64,000 bases of DNA from a virus (IMGVR_UViG_3300042992_001693:23177-87176), one strand, 5' to 3'; positions 39,129 to 50,322 are shown, counted from the stretch's first letter. Made by a program: numbers and translations. The notes: generated by a model not told the origin, from the letters alone.

Positions 39129-39389
39129 ATGAATTCTTCAACAAAATTAACCCAAATTGAAATATTAGAAAACCTCAGAGATTGGTTTGCTCCTCATGTG
39201 GATAAAAAAGGTCGCAAATTCAAAGGATGGATAAATTGCAAAACTGGTGGTCCTTGTGGTAGAAAAGATACATCAAAAGGATCATATCCAGCATGTAGAC
39301 CCACTAAAGCACAATGTGCTAAAATTAAAGGTAAAATGTATAAAAAGAAAAGTTCTGCTAGAGTTCGTTGGAAAAAGAAAGCTGATTGA
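39129..39389 (+). CDS. Small basic Cys-rich protein
   Basis: LRDWF...WINCKTGGPCGR...YPACRP. Confidence 0.65.
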   Translation: MNSSTKLTQIEILENLRDWFAPHVDKKGRKFKGWINCKTGGPCGRKDTSKGSYPACRPTKAQCAKIKGKMYKKKSSARVRWKKKAD

Positions 39390-39411
39390 TCTAATGCATT
39401 AAATATCTTTA

Positions 39412-39897
39412 ATGGCAATTAAAATTAAATCTCTTGAAGCTAATTCATTAGACAAAACATCTTTAGATAATGGCTATTTATATAAAGATTTAGCGTTGGA
39501 TCTTAATCCCGCATATTCTTATAATAGTCAACTCAATAGAAAAGAATTTTTAAAAGACGTTCAAGCATCTTATGATGTTCAAGCTATAAAAAATAGTATA
39601 GTTAATGCTTTTTTAACAGCTCCTGGTGATAAAATATTAAATCCAACATACGGAATTGATTTAAGACGATTTTTATTTGAACCCATTGATGATTTCACAA
39701 CTGAAATTATTAAAGATGATATTCAAACCAATCTTCCATTGATGGAACCTAGAATAACCATCGATAATATCTACATCTACCCAGATGAAGAAGAAAATCA
39801 ATACGATATAGAGTTACAAATAAACGTTCCCAGTTTAGGTGTTTATGGATTGAACATAAAATCTAGACTTAATTCTTCAGGATATACTATTTTATAA
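39412..39897 (+). CDS. gp25: Baseplate wedge subunit gp25
   Basis: AIKNSIVNAFLTAPGDKILNPTYGIDLRRFLFEP...EPRI. Confidence 0.9.
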   Translation: MAIKIKSLEANSLDKTSLDNGYLYKDLALDLNPAYSYNSQLNRKEFLKDVQASYDVQAIKNSIVNAFLTAPGDKILNPTYGIDLRRFLFEPIDDFTTEIIKDDIQTNLPLMEPRITIDNIYIYPDEEENQYDIELQINVPSLGVYGLNIKSRLNSSGYTIL

Positions 39898-39922
39898 CTT
39901 CTCCCATTAAATATTTTTTAAA

Positions 39923-41731
39923 ATGAGTGATACAAAAACATTAGAATACAATTTACCAACGGATGCTTATATAAATTTCGATGCGGTATCTTTAAAGAAT
40001 TTTATCATTCAGAGATTGAATGAAAGTTCAAAATTCACTGATCAAAACTATGAAGGAAGTAATTTATCATCATTGATTGATATCATTGCTTATACCACTC
40101 ACGTTTTGATGTTTTATCTCAATCAAACAAGTTCAGAATCTTTATTCACACAATCATCGATTTATGAAAACATGAATCGTATTATTAAACTCGTTGGATA
40201 CAACCCAACAGGAAAGCAAACATCTCAAGTACCAGTTAATTGCACAGCTAAATCAACATTACCAGCTGGTAGTTATTATTTGAAAAAATATAGTTACTTT
40301 CTAGTGGATAATATTCAATATACAATATTGGATGATTTCTTTTTTGAAAAAGTAACCAACAGTGATGAAACTATAACAACGATAAATGATAATTTAATTT
40401 TATATCAAGGAAGTGTCGGAGAATATCCAACTTACACATCAGAAGGTTTGGAATTCGAAACGTTTCCAATAGTTGTTGATAATTTAGTCGATTCAAACAG
40501 CGTTAATTTTATAGCAGATGGTACAATTTCAGTTTATGTAAAAGAAAAAGACACAGAAACTTGGTTTGAATATTCAAAAGTTAATACTATATTTTTCTCA
40601 AGTGCTAATGAAAAAATATATGAACTGAGATTGAATGAAAATGGCCATTATGAAATAAAATTCGGTAACGATACATTCGGTAGAAAATTAGAACAAGGCG
40701 ATGAAGTAAAAGTAATGTATTTGTTGAGTGATGGTAACGCAGGAACCATTAGTAAAAATGTAATTAACGGAAATAAGCTGTTCAATTATTCTTCCAGCAC
40801 ATTTAATCAAATATATGATGATGTATATAATCAAACATCAACTTTAATAACTAAAGATAAAAGTTCATTATTAACTTTTGTAAACCCTTTAAACTCAACT
40901 GCGATCAGCGATGCTGAAAGTGTAGAAGATCTTAAAAATAATGTACCATTTTTAATTTCATCTCAATATAGATTAGTAAGTGAACAAGATTATGAAATTT
41001 ATTTGAAGAAAAGCATTCCAAATATTTTAAAATCCGTAAAAGTTGCAAATAATGATAAATTTTTGGAAGAGTATATACAATATTTTTATGATATATGTGT
41101 AAATCCAAATAAAGTAAACAGAGTTTTATTAAATCAAGTTAACTTTGCCGATAGTTGCGATTTTAATAATGTTAATATATTCTGCGTTCCAGATTTTACT
41201 ATAAGTGTTGATGAATCTTATCCAACATATCTACCAAATAGCTTTAAAAATTTAATTAAAGATTTAACAAATGATAAAAAGATGTTAAGTCATGAAATAA
41301 TTCCACGAGATCCTGTTTATATGGCATTCGATGTTGGATATTCATCAAAACCCGCTTCTAAAAATGCATATTTTGATAGTAAAATAGTAGCTACATTAGA
41401 TAAAAATACCAGAATCAGCAAACAAACTATAAAAGAAGCGATTAGAAATAAAATAGTCGATTTCTTCAAAGCGGACAGCAATCAACTCGGTGGTATTATG
41501 AATTTATCCACTTTAACAAGCGATATTTTAAATATTGAAGGTGTTAATTTAATACAAACTGTAAACAGTGCGGAAAATGCTACACTCAACGGTTTATCTT
41601 TTGTAACATGGAATCCAGTTTTTGAAGGGGTTGATTCTGAATTCGTAAATCAAAATACAACAATGCCATTTTTTAAATTTCCTTATTTTTACAGACCTTT
41701 GAATTTAATAAACAAAATTGAAATTATATAA
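39923..41731 (+). CDS. gp6: Baseplate wedge subunit gp6
   Basis: FDAVSLKNFI, FTDQNYEGSNLSSLIDIIAY, YEIKFGNDTFG, RLVSEQDY. Confidence 0.88.
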   Translation: MSDTKTLEYNLPTDAYINFDAVSLKNFIIQRLNESSKFTDQNYEGSNLSSLIDIIAYTTHVLMFYLNQTSSESLFTQSSIYENMNRIIKLVGYNPTGKQTSQVPVNCTAKSTLPAGSYYLKKYSYFLVDNIQYTILDDFFFEKVTNSDETITTINDNLILYQGSVGEYPTYTSEGLEFETFPIVVDNLVDSNSVNFIADGTISVYVKEKDTETWFEYSKVNTIFFSSANEKIYELRLNENGHYEIKFGNDTFGRKLEQGDEVKVMYLLSDGNAGTISKNVINGNKLFNYSSSTFNQIYDDVYNQTSTLITKDKSSLLTFVNPLNSTAISDAESVEDLKNNVPFLISSQYRLVSEQDYEIYLKKSIPNILKSVKVANNDKFLEEYIQYFYDICVNPNKVNRVLLNQVNFADSCDFNNVNIFCVPDFTISVDESYPTYLPNSFKNLIKDLTNDKKMLSHEIIPRDPVYMAFDVGYSSKPASKNAYFDSKIVATLDKNTRISKQTIKEAIRNKIVDFFKADSNQLGGIMNLSTLTSDILNIEGVNLIQTVNSAENATLNGLSFVTWNPVFEGVDSEFVNQNTTMPFFKFPYFYRPLNLINKIEII

Positions 41732-41739
41732 TTTGAAAC

Positions 41740-44595
41740 ATGGCATCTATTAATACATTCTGTCCACCAGCTACTATAGGAAGTTTAAATATAACTTCGC
41801 GACAAACTGGAGATGTACAACCATTAATCCCTGGCGCTATATATAACTACACATCTTGTAGTGTAACTGTTACAAATCCTTGTAGACATATAGGTCAAAA
41901 CAGCGCGTTTTCATATAGTCTTGATTTTTCAGAACCGATCACCAGCATAAAGGTCACTATTGTCGGAACTGGTTGGGGAAAACTCCCAGACAATAATGAA
42001 AATTTTATTTTTACAACAAGTTCTGGAGTTCCAAATATAAACATAACAAACAGTTGTTATACAACAATTGCAGGAAATCAAGTGTTCTCTGGTAAAGGAA
42101 CGCCAAAAAATGTAATTGGCCAAGGAACTGGTGGGTTTGTAGCTATAATTAGCTCACCTACCCCATTTACTTCATTAACAATTAGCGGAAATGGTGGAAG
42201 CATGGGGTCTATAATCGGATTTGCAGATCCAAAAGTAATACCACCCACAACTACAAGCACTAGTACTACACCAGTTCCTACAACTACAAGCACTAGTACT
42301 ACACCAGTTCCTACAACTACAAGTACTACACTAGCTCCTACAACTACAAGTACTACACCAGCTCCTACAACTACTACAACTACTACTACTACCACCACCA
42401 CTACTACCACCACCACTACTACTACCACTACTACACCAGCTCCCACCACCACTACTAGTACTACAAGCACCACCACAACAACCCCAACCCCGACTACCAC
42501 CACTACAAGCACCACAACACCTGTGCCTATATTGGATGACCCTCCAAATTCTATAGATGTACAGTTTGATGTATTGGATTATAAAGATGAAAATGTATTA
42601 AGCTCTTATTCATTAGAAATAACTCCATTAAAATTCATACCAAGGCTTGAAAATATAGAAAATGCAAAAATATTGTGGAATTTTGGAGATGGTACAACCT
42701 CAGAAGTTTTAACTGCATTAAAATCTTATAATTATCCAGGAAAATATTATGTTAATTTAGTCGTTTATGATTGTTTCAATCATGCTAAAATTTCTATATA
42801 TACTGCTGAAATAATGATATATGATTATTTGCCTCACACCTTTTCAATTAATAATTTACCAAACAATTCTGAAATAACTTCATACAGTGGAAAAATAAAA
42901 GGACCGTGGACAGTTATTGCAACATATCCAGCATATCAAAATAAAGGAAATGTATTTTATGAAGTTGAAGGCAGCAAAAGCGTACATCATCAAACTCAAA
43001 AAACTAATAAATATGGACATTTAGAAAATACATATGGATTATATGATAAATTTTTAAATAAAGGATTAAATTCTTATCAATTTAGAGAAATTGATGATAT
43101 AGAGGTTTCAAATAACCCGATATATGTTAAAAAACTAAACAAATCAATAGTAAGATGTTCAAAAAATGACGATGGTTCTGAATTTGCAGGTATAAGTGGA
43201 AATAAAAACATATATTTCAAAGATGATACACCAACAGATCAAGATATAATTAGATTTTATTTTGATAAAACTAATATATATTCCCCAACATCATCCAAAC
43301 ACGTTTCATATTTTAATACTACATCGATATTATTATCTTGTAAAGTATTGCCAAATACATTATCTGCAAAATATAGCATAACTTCAAATGGATTGGATGG
43401 CGAATATTATTCTATTTCATCATTTGATATTAATCCAATACAATTTATAGGTAATAAAATATATTTTACAGTTAAATTGAAAGATGATGATAATTTTTCA
43501 ATAAAAACCAACCCGATAAGTTCTAGATTTTTTTATGATCCTTATACAATTCAAATTTCAAATAATGAAAATATTGAATTTTATACTACGCCAACTATGA
43601 TTAAATCTTATTTGGGTGCAGATAGATATTATTTTGATACAAAATATCTTATTGATCTTGATTTAATTTCTGAAAATACAATAAATGGACCTTATCGAAT
43701 CACAATTTATGATTGGGGAACCGCGCAAATTGCTTTAAGCTCATCTGAATTTTATTTGTATCCAAAAGATTATTATAAAATGTCTAAAAAGCATGAAGAT
43801 TTTGATATGGGCGAAATCTTAAAAGACTTAAGATTCCAAGAATCATTAATAGACAAAAATGTATTATTTGATGATTTCTTAGGAGCTATTTATAATCAAA
43901 CAACCCCAATAGATGATAATTTAGGAGCTAAATTATATGAAAAAATATCCAATTTTGTGGAAAACACTCAAGATGTTGATAGAAATGAAATACCAGCTTT
44001 AATTTCACAGCTTGAAATGTTGGATGGGGATGTTTTGAAAAATGTTGTCAATTATCCTGAATCTATAAAACGTATTTTAAACTTGATAAGTATATCAAAA
44101 AATAAGTTAAATGGTTATGAAAACAAATTTTCAAACAATTTTGATATAAAAGGATACTCTTCAAAAGAAGAATATGGTAAAAATTTAGGAAATCAAATAA
44201 CCACATTAACTTATACTATAACTGCAGGAATTGATATAGTCGCATTAGAAAAATTCAGCAATACCTATAAGCTTTTAAACACATACATACCTCTTTCAGC
44301 ATCCAGCATAACTCTAAACAACCAAACATACAAATTAAGTTCATACAATGATACATGGGGGTGGCCTTTGATATTACCAGGTAATTTCACATCCAGAGAT
44401 TTTGATAAATATTACACATTCTTTGAATATGTAAGTACTTATGATGGAACAATCACTGACTACACATTAGATTTTAATAATTCAATGTGTACAATACCCC
44501 AATCAGCATCATATAATGATTTATATAAACAAAATGGTATATTTGATCATATATTGAGAGATAAACTTGCGTCACAATTAAGATTATCTGCATAA
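41740..44595 (+). CDS. Virion protein with Thr/Pro-rich linker and PKD domain
   Basis: N-terminal beta-rich domain, about 95-aa T/P/S tract, WNFGDGTTS...YNYPGKYYVNLVV (PKD); follows gp6. Confidence 0.65.
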   Translation: MASINTFCPPATIGSLNITSRQTGDVQPLIPGAIYNYTSCSVTVTNPCRHIGQNSAFSYSLDFSEPITSIKVTIVGTGWGKLPDNNENFIFTTSSGVPNINITNSCYTTIAGNQVFSGKGTPKNVIGQGTGGFVAIISSPTPFTSLTISGNGGSMGSIIGFADPKVIPPTTTSTSTTPVPTTTSTSTTPVPTTTSTTLAPTTTSTTPAPTTTTTTTTTTTTTTTTTTTTTTTPAPTTTTSTTSTTTTTPTPTTTTTSTTTPVPILDDPPNSIDVQFDVLDYKDENVLSSYSLEITPLKFIPRLENIENAKILWNFGDGTTSEVLTALKSYNYPGKYYVNLVVYDCFNHAKISIYTAEIMIYDYLPHTFSINNLPNNSEITSYSGKIKGPWTVIATYPAYQNKGNVFYEVEGSKSVHHQTQKTNKYGHLENTYGLYDKFLNKGLNSYQFREIDDIEVSNNPIYVKKLNKSIVRCSKNDDGSEFAGISGNKNIYFKDDTPTDQDIIRFYFDKTNIYSPTSSKHVSYFNTTSILLSCKVLPNTLSAKYSITSNGLDGEYYSISSFDINPIQFIGNKIYFTVKLKDDDNFSIKTNPISSRFFYDPYTIQISNNENIEFYTTPTMIKSYLGADRYYFDTKYLIDLDLISENTINGPYRITIYDWGTAQIALSSSEFYLYPKDYYKMSKKHEDFDMGEILKDLRFQESLIDKNVLFDDFLGAIYNQTTPIDDNLGAKLYEKISNFVENTQDVDRNEIPALISQLEMLDGDVLKNVVNYPESIKRILNLISISKNKLNGYENKFSNNFDIKGYSSKEEYGKNLGNQITTLTYTITAGIDIVALEKFSNTYKLLNTYIPLSASSITLNNQTYKLSSYNDTWGWPLILPGNFTSRDFDKYYTFFEYVSTYDGTITDYTLDFNNSMCTIPQSASYNDLYKQNGIFDHILRDKLASQLRLSA
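42241..42525 (+). repeat. Thr-rich low-complexity (ACN) tract with a 33-bp tandem duplication
   Basis: TTTSTSTTPVP twice (42247, 42280), then poly-Thr. Confidence 0.85.
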
Positions 44596-44605
44596 ATAAT
44601 CATAT

Positions 44606-47320
44606 ATGTCGGTTACTGCACAATTTGGATATCCTGATATTCCAAAATCTATAACAAACGCTAATGTTCAAACAAAAGACGCTTTGGATGTCAGTAATCC
44701 GATGTCATTTATATTGTTCATAAAAACAATATCAAATTCTTTCGAACCTTCCAATTTACAAGCTTATTATAATGAATATTTAAAAAGATGGAATTCGATT
44801 AAGAAAAATAAAGAAATATCAGATTCAGAATTAATTACTGAAAAATATAGAGAATTTTTAAAAGAAATATCATTAAATTATTCAACTTTAGAAGAACAGA
44901 AATTTTTATCAAATCTTGATTTCAATGATCCCTCAGATTTAGAAATTGCGTTACCGTTCTACAGTAAAAAACTCATAGAAATATCTGAGTATTTTAATAA
45001 AAAGAGAGAAGAAGCTAAATTTCAATTATTAAAGAAGAAATTAGTAGGTACTAATTATGGATTACAAAAATCAATAAATGATTTTACTATAAATTATTTA
45101 GAATCTATACAAGACGGTTCATTTTATTTTAATATAGATGATATTAAAGCAAAATTAGAGATTGAAATTGAAGAATTGTTCGATACATATCCATCATATT
45201 TCAATCAAACGCCAAATGAAAGAATATATGATAATAAAGATTTAGATTGGGGTTATGACATATTTTTAAAAACCAACGCTGAATTATTATCCACTACATT
45301 TGCCAGCGTTAGTTCTTTATCTGCTCTCAAAGAACTTAACGATTTAATTGATAATAAAAGAAAATTAACAAAAAAATATTTATCAACTGATTTTTATTAC
45401 ATATCAACTGGTCCAACATTATCAGGAAGCACAACGTTCGATTTCGTTTCTGGAAAATTATTTGATGTTAGTAATAATGCAAAAAACTTTTTAAACATTG
45501 ATTATCCTACAACAGCATCTACTAGAAAAAACAACATACAAACTCCAAGAGAGATTGGATTTTTCAGACCTCATAAAAACGCTATTGTTATAATAGATGG
45601 AAAAAATTTATCATTCAATATTAATAGATCAGCATTGGAAGAAAATAAAATTTATTATTTTCCCGATCCTTTGGTTCATGATTCTGAATTAATAACATAT
45701 TCAATCGATGGTGATTATTTAAAAACAAATTTCACATCTGGGTTAGCAAAAAATCAACCAATACAAACCCAAGACGGTGTTTTTTATCAAGGATATACAT
45801 CTCAAAATGATATAACCCCAATCCCAGATTTGAGTATGTTATTCAACATGGGATATATACATGATCAAAAGAAAGATGTATATGGAAACACATTCGGATT
45901 AATAAAAGACAATTATAATTTTAGAGAAAACATAAGTAGAATTGATTATAATTATATAAAAAGTATGCTCTTAAATGGTTATCAATTTTTTGATGACAAT
46001 TATAACGAAGGGTTTGATTTCGATTATAGTTATAGTGATTATTATACAACAACTAATAGTACAAAACGATCTGGCCTTTCAACTTACACAAATTCATTTA
46101 CTGGAGCTTTTGATTATACATATACTTTATTTTTTAGATATTTTACGCCATTTGAAGAATTATATATTCCTCCCGATCAATTAGCTACAAATAATGAAAT
46201 ATTGGAATGTGTAGGATTTAATAAACCAAACGGTGACTTTCATTTAGATCCAATATCTTCAGATTTATCAGCATTTCCAGGTGATGAAAACTATTATTTT
46301 TCAAAATTAATAGAAGGCGGCATTCACACATTAACTCCTACAATAATAAGAGGATTAAAAGATCCTTTATTTCCAAGCATAACAGCATCGTTTGAAAATA
46401 ATTATAAATCTAATATTGTAGAATGTGGATTATTTACAGATAAGTATAATTTTGATGTAGATTTTACTTCCAGAGAATATTCATTTATATCTGATATAGA
46501 TTCAACCAAATATACATTAACGTCATCTATATCAACAGTGGTGGAAAGATTGTTTGATAGATATGATTTGACAGGGAACATATATGTTAAAAACGTATCA
46601 AATCAACAATCTTATAAAATTACAGATTTATTTTCATATTGGAATTTAAAATTTCCAATTGATTTAATCACTGAATTAAATGGATCAATAAAATCATTCG
46701 ATTTTATAAATGATGTTATATTAATAGAAACTTCCAATTATTTCATGGTTGATAAAGTGAAATATAATTCTGGAAATTTTGAAAATCCCTTGACAGAAGG
46801 GATATTTATAAATCATTCTGATAATGATTTCAATAAAATTTCAAATAGATTTAAAATAAACAATGATGTTTATTATTGTTTATTAGAAACATTGTCATCA
46901 TCATTATCATCAAATAATTTAATAATTTATCCAAAAATATATAAATTTAATACATTAAATTTCACAAATGATGAAATTTTCCCAATATCTATTTCAAAAA
47001 TAGAAAATAATTCAGGATATTTTGCAATTTCTTCGAATAATGTAAGATATACACATGCTGAAAATCCCATAATTATACACGATAGCAGAGCAAACATATT
47101 AAACATATCATTTTTAATAAAAGATCAAAATAATTATTTTTCTTTACAAGAATTTGAATTCGATATCAATTCAAATATGGACTTATTAAATCATACGCAA
47201 TATTTTGATAATTCATCTATATATTCAAACATTTTCAATAAATCATTACCGTTGATGAATTTAAATGTATTATTATCATCAAATCAACCAACTATATTGA
47301 ATGAAAATCTTGTATTATGA
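44606..47320 (+). CDS. Large hypothetical virion/baseplate protein
   Basis: 904 aa, late promoter upstream, baseplate context. Confidence 0.65.
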   Translation: MSVTAQFGYPDIPKSITNANVQTKDALDVSNPMSFILFIKTISNSFEPSNLQAYYNEYLKRWNSIKKNKEISDSELITEKYREFLKEISLNYSTLEEQKFLSNLDFNDPSDLEIALPFYSKKLIEISEYFNKKREEAKFQLLKKKLVGTNYGLQKSINDFTINYLESIQDGSFYFNIDDIKAKLEIEIEELFDTYPSYFNQTPNERIYDNKDLDWGYDIFLKTNAELLSTTFASVSSLSALKELNDLIDNKRKLTKKYLSTDFYYISTGPTLSGSTTFDFVSGKLFDVSNNAKNFLNIDYPTTASTRKNNIQTPREIGFFRPHKNAIVIIDGKNLSFNINRSALEENKIYYFPDPLVHDSELITYSIDGDYLKTNFTSGLAKNQPIQTQDGVFYQGYTSQNDITPIPDLSMLFNMGYIHDQKKDVYGNTFGLIKDNYNFRENISRIDYNYIKSMLLNGYQFFDDNYNEGFDFDYSYSDYYTTTNSTKRSGLSTYTNSFTGAFDYTYTLFFRYFTPFEELYIPPDQLATNNEILECVGFNKPNGDFHLDPISSDLSAFPGDENYYFSKLIEGGIHTLTPTIIRGLKDPLFPSITASFENNYKSNIVECGLFTDKYNFDVDFTSREYSFISDIDSTKYTLTSSISTVVERLFDRYDLTGNIYVKNVSNQQSYKITDLFSYWNLKFPIDLITELNGSIKSFDFINDVILIETSNYFMVDKVKYNSGNFENPLTEGIFINHSDNDFNKISNRFKINNDVYYCLLETLSSSLSSNNLIIYPKIYKFNTLNFTNDEIFPISISKIENNSGYFAISSNNVRYTHAENPIIIHDSRANILNISFLIKDQNNYFSLQEFEFDINSNMDLLNHTQYFDNSSIYSNIFNKSLPLMNLNVLLSSNQPTILNENLVL

Positions 47321-47841
47321 ATACTAAAACTTTAATATTATCAACCACTTCCTCATCATACAACAATGTCATGGATGCTGTGATTCTTAATGATGCAACC
47401 GTTTTAAATATATCATTAGGTGATGTTTATGAAGATGTATTGCCTATAAGTTTACAAATAAATTGGGGAGATAATAATATATTATATTATGATAATGATT
47501 TGTATAAAGTTTACAGAAAAGAAAGCATAATTCCAGAAGTGATATATGGAAAATTTAGCAAAATATTACAAGATACTTATAGTTTTGAATATTATCCATC
47601 AAAAACAGCAACCTATAAAAAAATGACGGCTCAGTTTTTGATAAAATATACAAATAAAGACACTACGTTAATAACTATACCAATTGAAATTAAATCAGCA
47701 GATTATTTTGAATCTGTATATGATATGAAAATGATTTCTACTCATATTTTACCAGAAGACGGATTCAAAACTCATAAATTTTTAACAAGCAAAGGCAATT
47801 ATGTGGTAGAAGTGGAATCACCAATGTCAGAAAACAGATAG
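47317..47841 (+). CDS. Hypothetical protein
   Basis: 174 aa; ATGA overlap with the upstream gene. Confidence 0.65.
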   Translation: MNTKTLILSTTSSSYNNVMDAVILNDATVLNISLGDVYEDVLPISLQINWGDNNILYYDNDLYKVYRKESIIPEVIYGKFSKILQDTYSFEYYPSKTATYKKMTAQFLIKYTNKDTTLITIPIEIKSADYFESVYDMKMISTHILPEDGFKTHKFLTSKGNYVVEVESPMSENR

Positions 47842-47965
47842 TGGGGGAGAGTTCGTTTATAACGGTTCAGTTGATTCTACTGGATTATGGACTAGACCAT
47901 TGACTGATGCTGAAATTGTCGCTCTTTACAATAATGGCAGCGGCCTTCCATATGAACAGTTTTAA
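47810..47965 (+). pseudogene. Start-less 3' relic of a LamG/concanavalin-like domain gene
   Basis: Frame reads ...DSGGEFVYNGSVDSTGLWTRPLTDAEIVALYNNGSGLPYEQF*; no ATG; upstream TAG at 47807. Confidence 0.6.
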
Positions 47966-47991
47966 ATAATGTATAGTAACTAAATAATTTA

Positions 47992-50322
47992 GTGGTATCC
48001 AATGTATTTCAACTATCATCTTTAAAAAGCTATCAACTGTCTTGTTCATTGGACGGCCTTGAATTTAAGCAATTTGAAAAAACACACAATGGGGGTATAC
48101 CACTTTATTTTACAGAGTGTTTTTCTGATGCTTGCGATTATAAATCAAAATTCTATACTGATTTTATTTTAACAAAAAACACAAAATCTTCGGATATTTT
48201 TAATTTTAAATTTCCAAAACTTGAAGTTGAAAAGTTTTTAACAACAATTCAAGATGAAGGCTTGTATCTTACATGTGTCGGAGTTGAAGAAAGTTATTTC
48301 AAAGATGCTTTTCGTTCTGATGAAATTCCTGATTATAGAGGATGTTTGTTTAATAAATTATCATCATCCTCTTCCCCATTAACATCATTCACTTTGGACT
48401 TTTTTGAAAAAGAAAAATGTAAAATATCATGTCAAATAGATAATGAAACTTATTATTTGATTTATAATGATGTTAAACAAAACGATCCTTATTTTATCAA
48501 CGAAAGATTGCTTTCATCCGATGATTCAATAATTCAACCACATCATTTCAATTACATTTATCAAGAAAATTACAATTTTATAACATTTTTTAAAGAAACT
48601 GCTGATGGTATATATTATCTATATAGAGATGATCATAGATTAAAAGCATCTTTAATAACAGGTTTTAATAAACTTAATGTTATAGAAAGTGTTTTTAAAA
48701 TATCCAGAAATAAATATTTCAATTTTGATTTATCTTTGAACAGTACATTCATAACATATAATAATGATGATAATAAAATCGATATAGATAAAAGTGAATT
48801 CGATTTAAAAAATAACTTTTTAATACACAAAGGAAATTCAGTTAAAAATTCAAAAAGCAGCATTACAGTTTTAAAAAATCACTTCTTACCTCATTTAGAT
48901 CAAATATCAAACGCTAATAATTTATTAAGTGGTATTAAAGAGCAATCAAATACAATTTATGTAGATAATATTAGAAATTATACTTCAATATTTGAAGATA
49001 TTTCTACAGAAAAAGACGATGATTTAGAATTAAATTATGTTTATCATAATAAAAGTTACACTATAGTACCAGGAAAAAATGAATTTGTGGCTCCTGATAA
49101 TATGTTCCCATTTTCACAACTTAATATAAATGATTCTAAATTAAAAGAAGCTGGGGCGTTTTCATTTCCATCTCCTGACTTGGCAGACAAGGTATATTAT
49201 TATGATAACGATGTTCAAATAACCAATAATCAACATTATTTATGCACTTGGTTGTCTGGAGCTGCTGGATCTACCAATTCTGTTTGGGTAGATAGATACT
49301 ATTATCCAGACCGCATAAACAAACAAGATGCATTGAATGGAAAATCAGTTTTTTCTAAAACATATGATGAATACATAGAAGAATATATCGAGGCCAATTC
49401 TTCTATATCTGATGGAATTGATAATTTTAAATTTTTTGATAAAAAAAGTGAATTAATTTTCAAACCTAATAAAAAATACATTTACGAGAGAGTTTCTTTT
49501 GCGAAAGAAACAACCGAAGCTATCACATATTGTAATACATTTGTATCTAATAAACCATCTAATTACTTTAAAACAATAAACGAATCTGGTCAATTTACAT
49601 TTGTGTTATATTTCTATGGAAATGGAGAATCTTGGGAAGTTAAAACAGATAGGAATGATGTAAATGCTGGAATTTCTATTGTTAAAACTGGATCAAATGT
49701 TACAATTTCCTATATTTTATATGCTACGAATAGCTCAGGACAATTAGCATATAGAAAATACACAAAAACAGTAAATTTCAAAATCTTTAAAGAAAATGCA
49801 ATATTCATTGGATTTGATTCATATTCAGGTAATGGATATATATTATTCAATGAAGATCCGTTGATGCTGTTTAAAGAACAGGCTGCTAGATTTTCAGAAA
49901 GAAATATCATTCTAGGTGACTTTTTTGTATATGAGACTGATAAAGTAACAAATAAAATAAATAAAATCAATTTATTAAGTTATTCAGGATCAAATATATC
50001 TGATAAGTTTATAGCTGATAGGTTTTATTCTAAAGATTTAGTGTATTCAATATCTATATCTAAAGGAAAATACAGTATAAATACCATATACATAACATTA
50101 CCATGTGGTATGAGAAATGGAAGTGATAATATTAAGTTAGTACATACTGTGTGCGGAAATACATCAAGCAAATCTAATAAATCTAATATTTTTGTAAAAA
50201 ATATTGATATCGAAAATGAAGAAATATTAAACGACTTAGAAAATGAACTTAAATCAAAAATTGAAACTGTTTTACCAGTTTCAAACGATGTAAATATAAT
50301 TATAAATAAAAAATACAAATGA
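47992..50322 (+). CDS. Large hypothetical virion protein
   Basis: 776 aa, GTG start 6 nt after TAAATA. Confidence 0.65.
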   Translation: MVSNVFQLSSLKSYQLSCSLDGLEFKQFEKTHNGGIPLYFTECFSDACDYKSKFYTDFILTKNTKSSDIFNFKFPKLEVEKFLTTIQDEGLYLTCVGVEESYFKDAFRSDEIPDYRGCLFNKLSSSSSPLTSFTLDFFEKEKCKISCQIDNETYYLIYNDVKQNDPYFINERLLSSDDSIIQPHHFNYIYQENYNFITFFKETADGIYYLYRDDHRLKASLITGFNKLNVIESVFKISRNKYFNFDLSLNSTFITYNNDDNKIDIDKSEFDLKNNFLIHKGNSVKNSKSSITVLKNHFLPHLDQISNANNLLSGIKEQSNTIYVDNIRNYTSIFEDISTEKDDDLELNYVYHNKSYTIVPGKNEFVAPDNMFPFSQLNINDSKLKEAGAFSFPSPDLADKVYYYDNDVQITNNQHYLCTWLSGAAGSTNSVWVDRYYYPDRINKQDALNGKSVFSKTYDEYIEEYIEANSSISDGIDNFKFFDKKSELIFKPNKKYIYERVSFAKETTEAITYCNTFVSNKPSNYFKTINESGQFTFVLYFYGNGESWEVKTDRNDVNAGISIVKTGSNVTISYILYATNSSGQLAYRKYTKTVNFKIFKENAIFIGFDSYSGNGYILFNEDPLMLFKEQAARFSERNIILGDFFVYETDKVTNKINKINLLSYSGSNISDKFIADRFYSKDLVYSISISKGKYSINTIYITLPCGMRNGSDNIKLVHTVCGNTSSKSNKSNIFVKNIDIENEEILNDLENELKSKIETVLPVSNDVNIIINKKYK

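Noticed and set aside
42078-42515. Poly-Val minus-strand ORFs (also 58910..59356 and 59692..60108)
   Set aside because: Reverse complement of ACN Thr codons necessarily reads as Val; not membrane proteins
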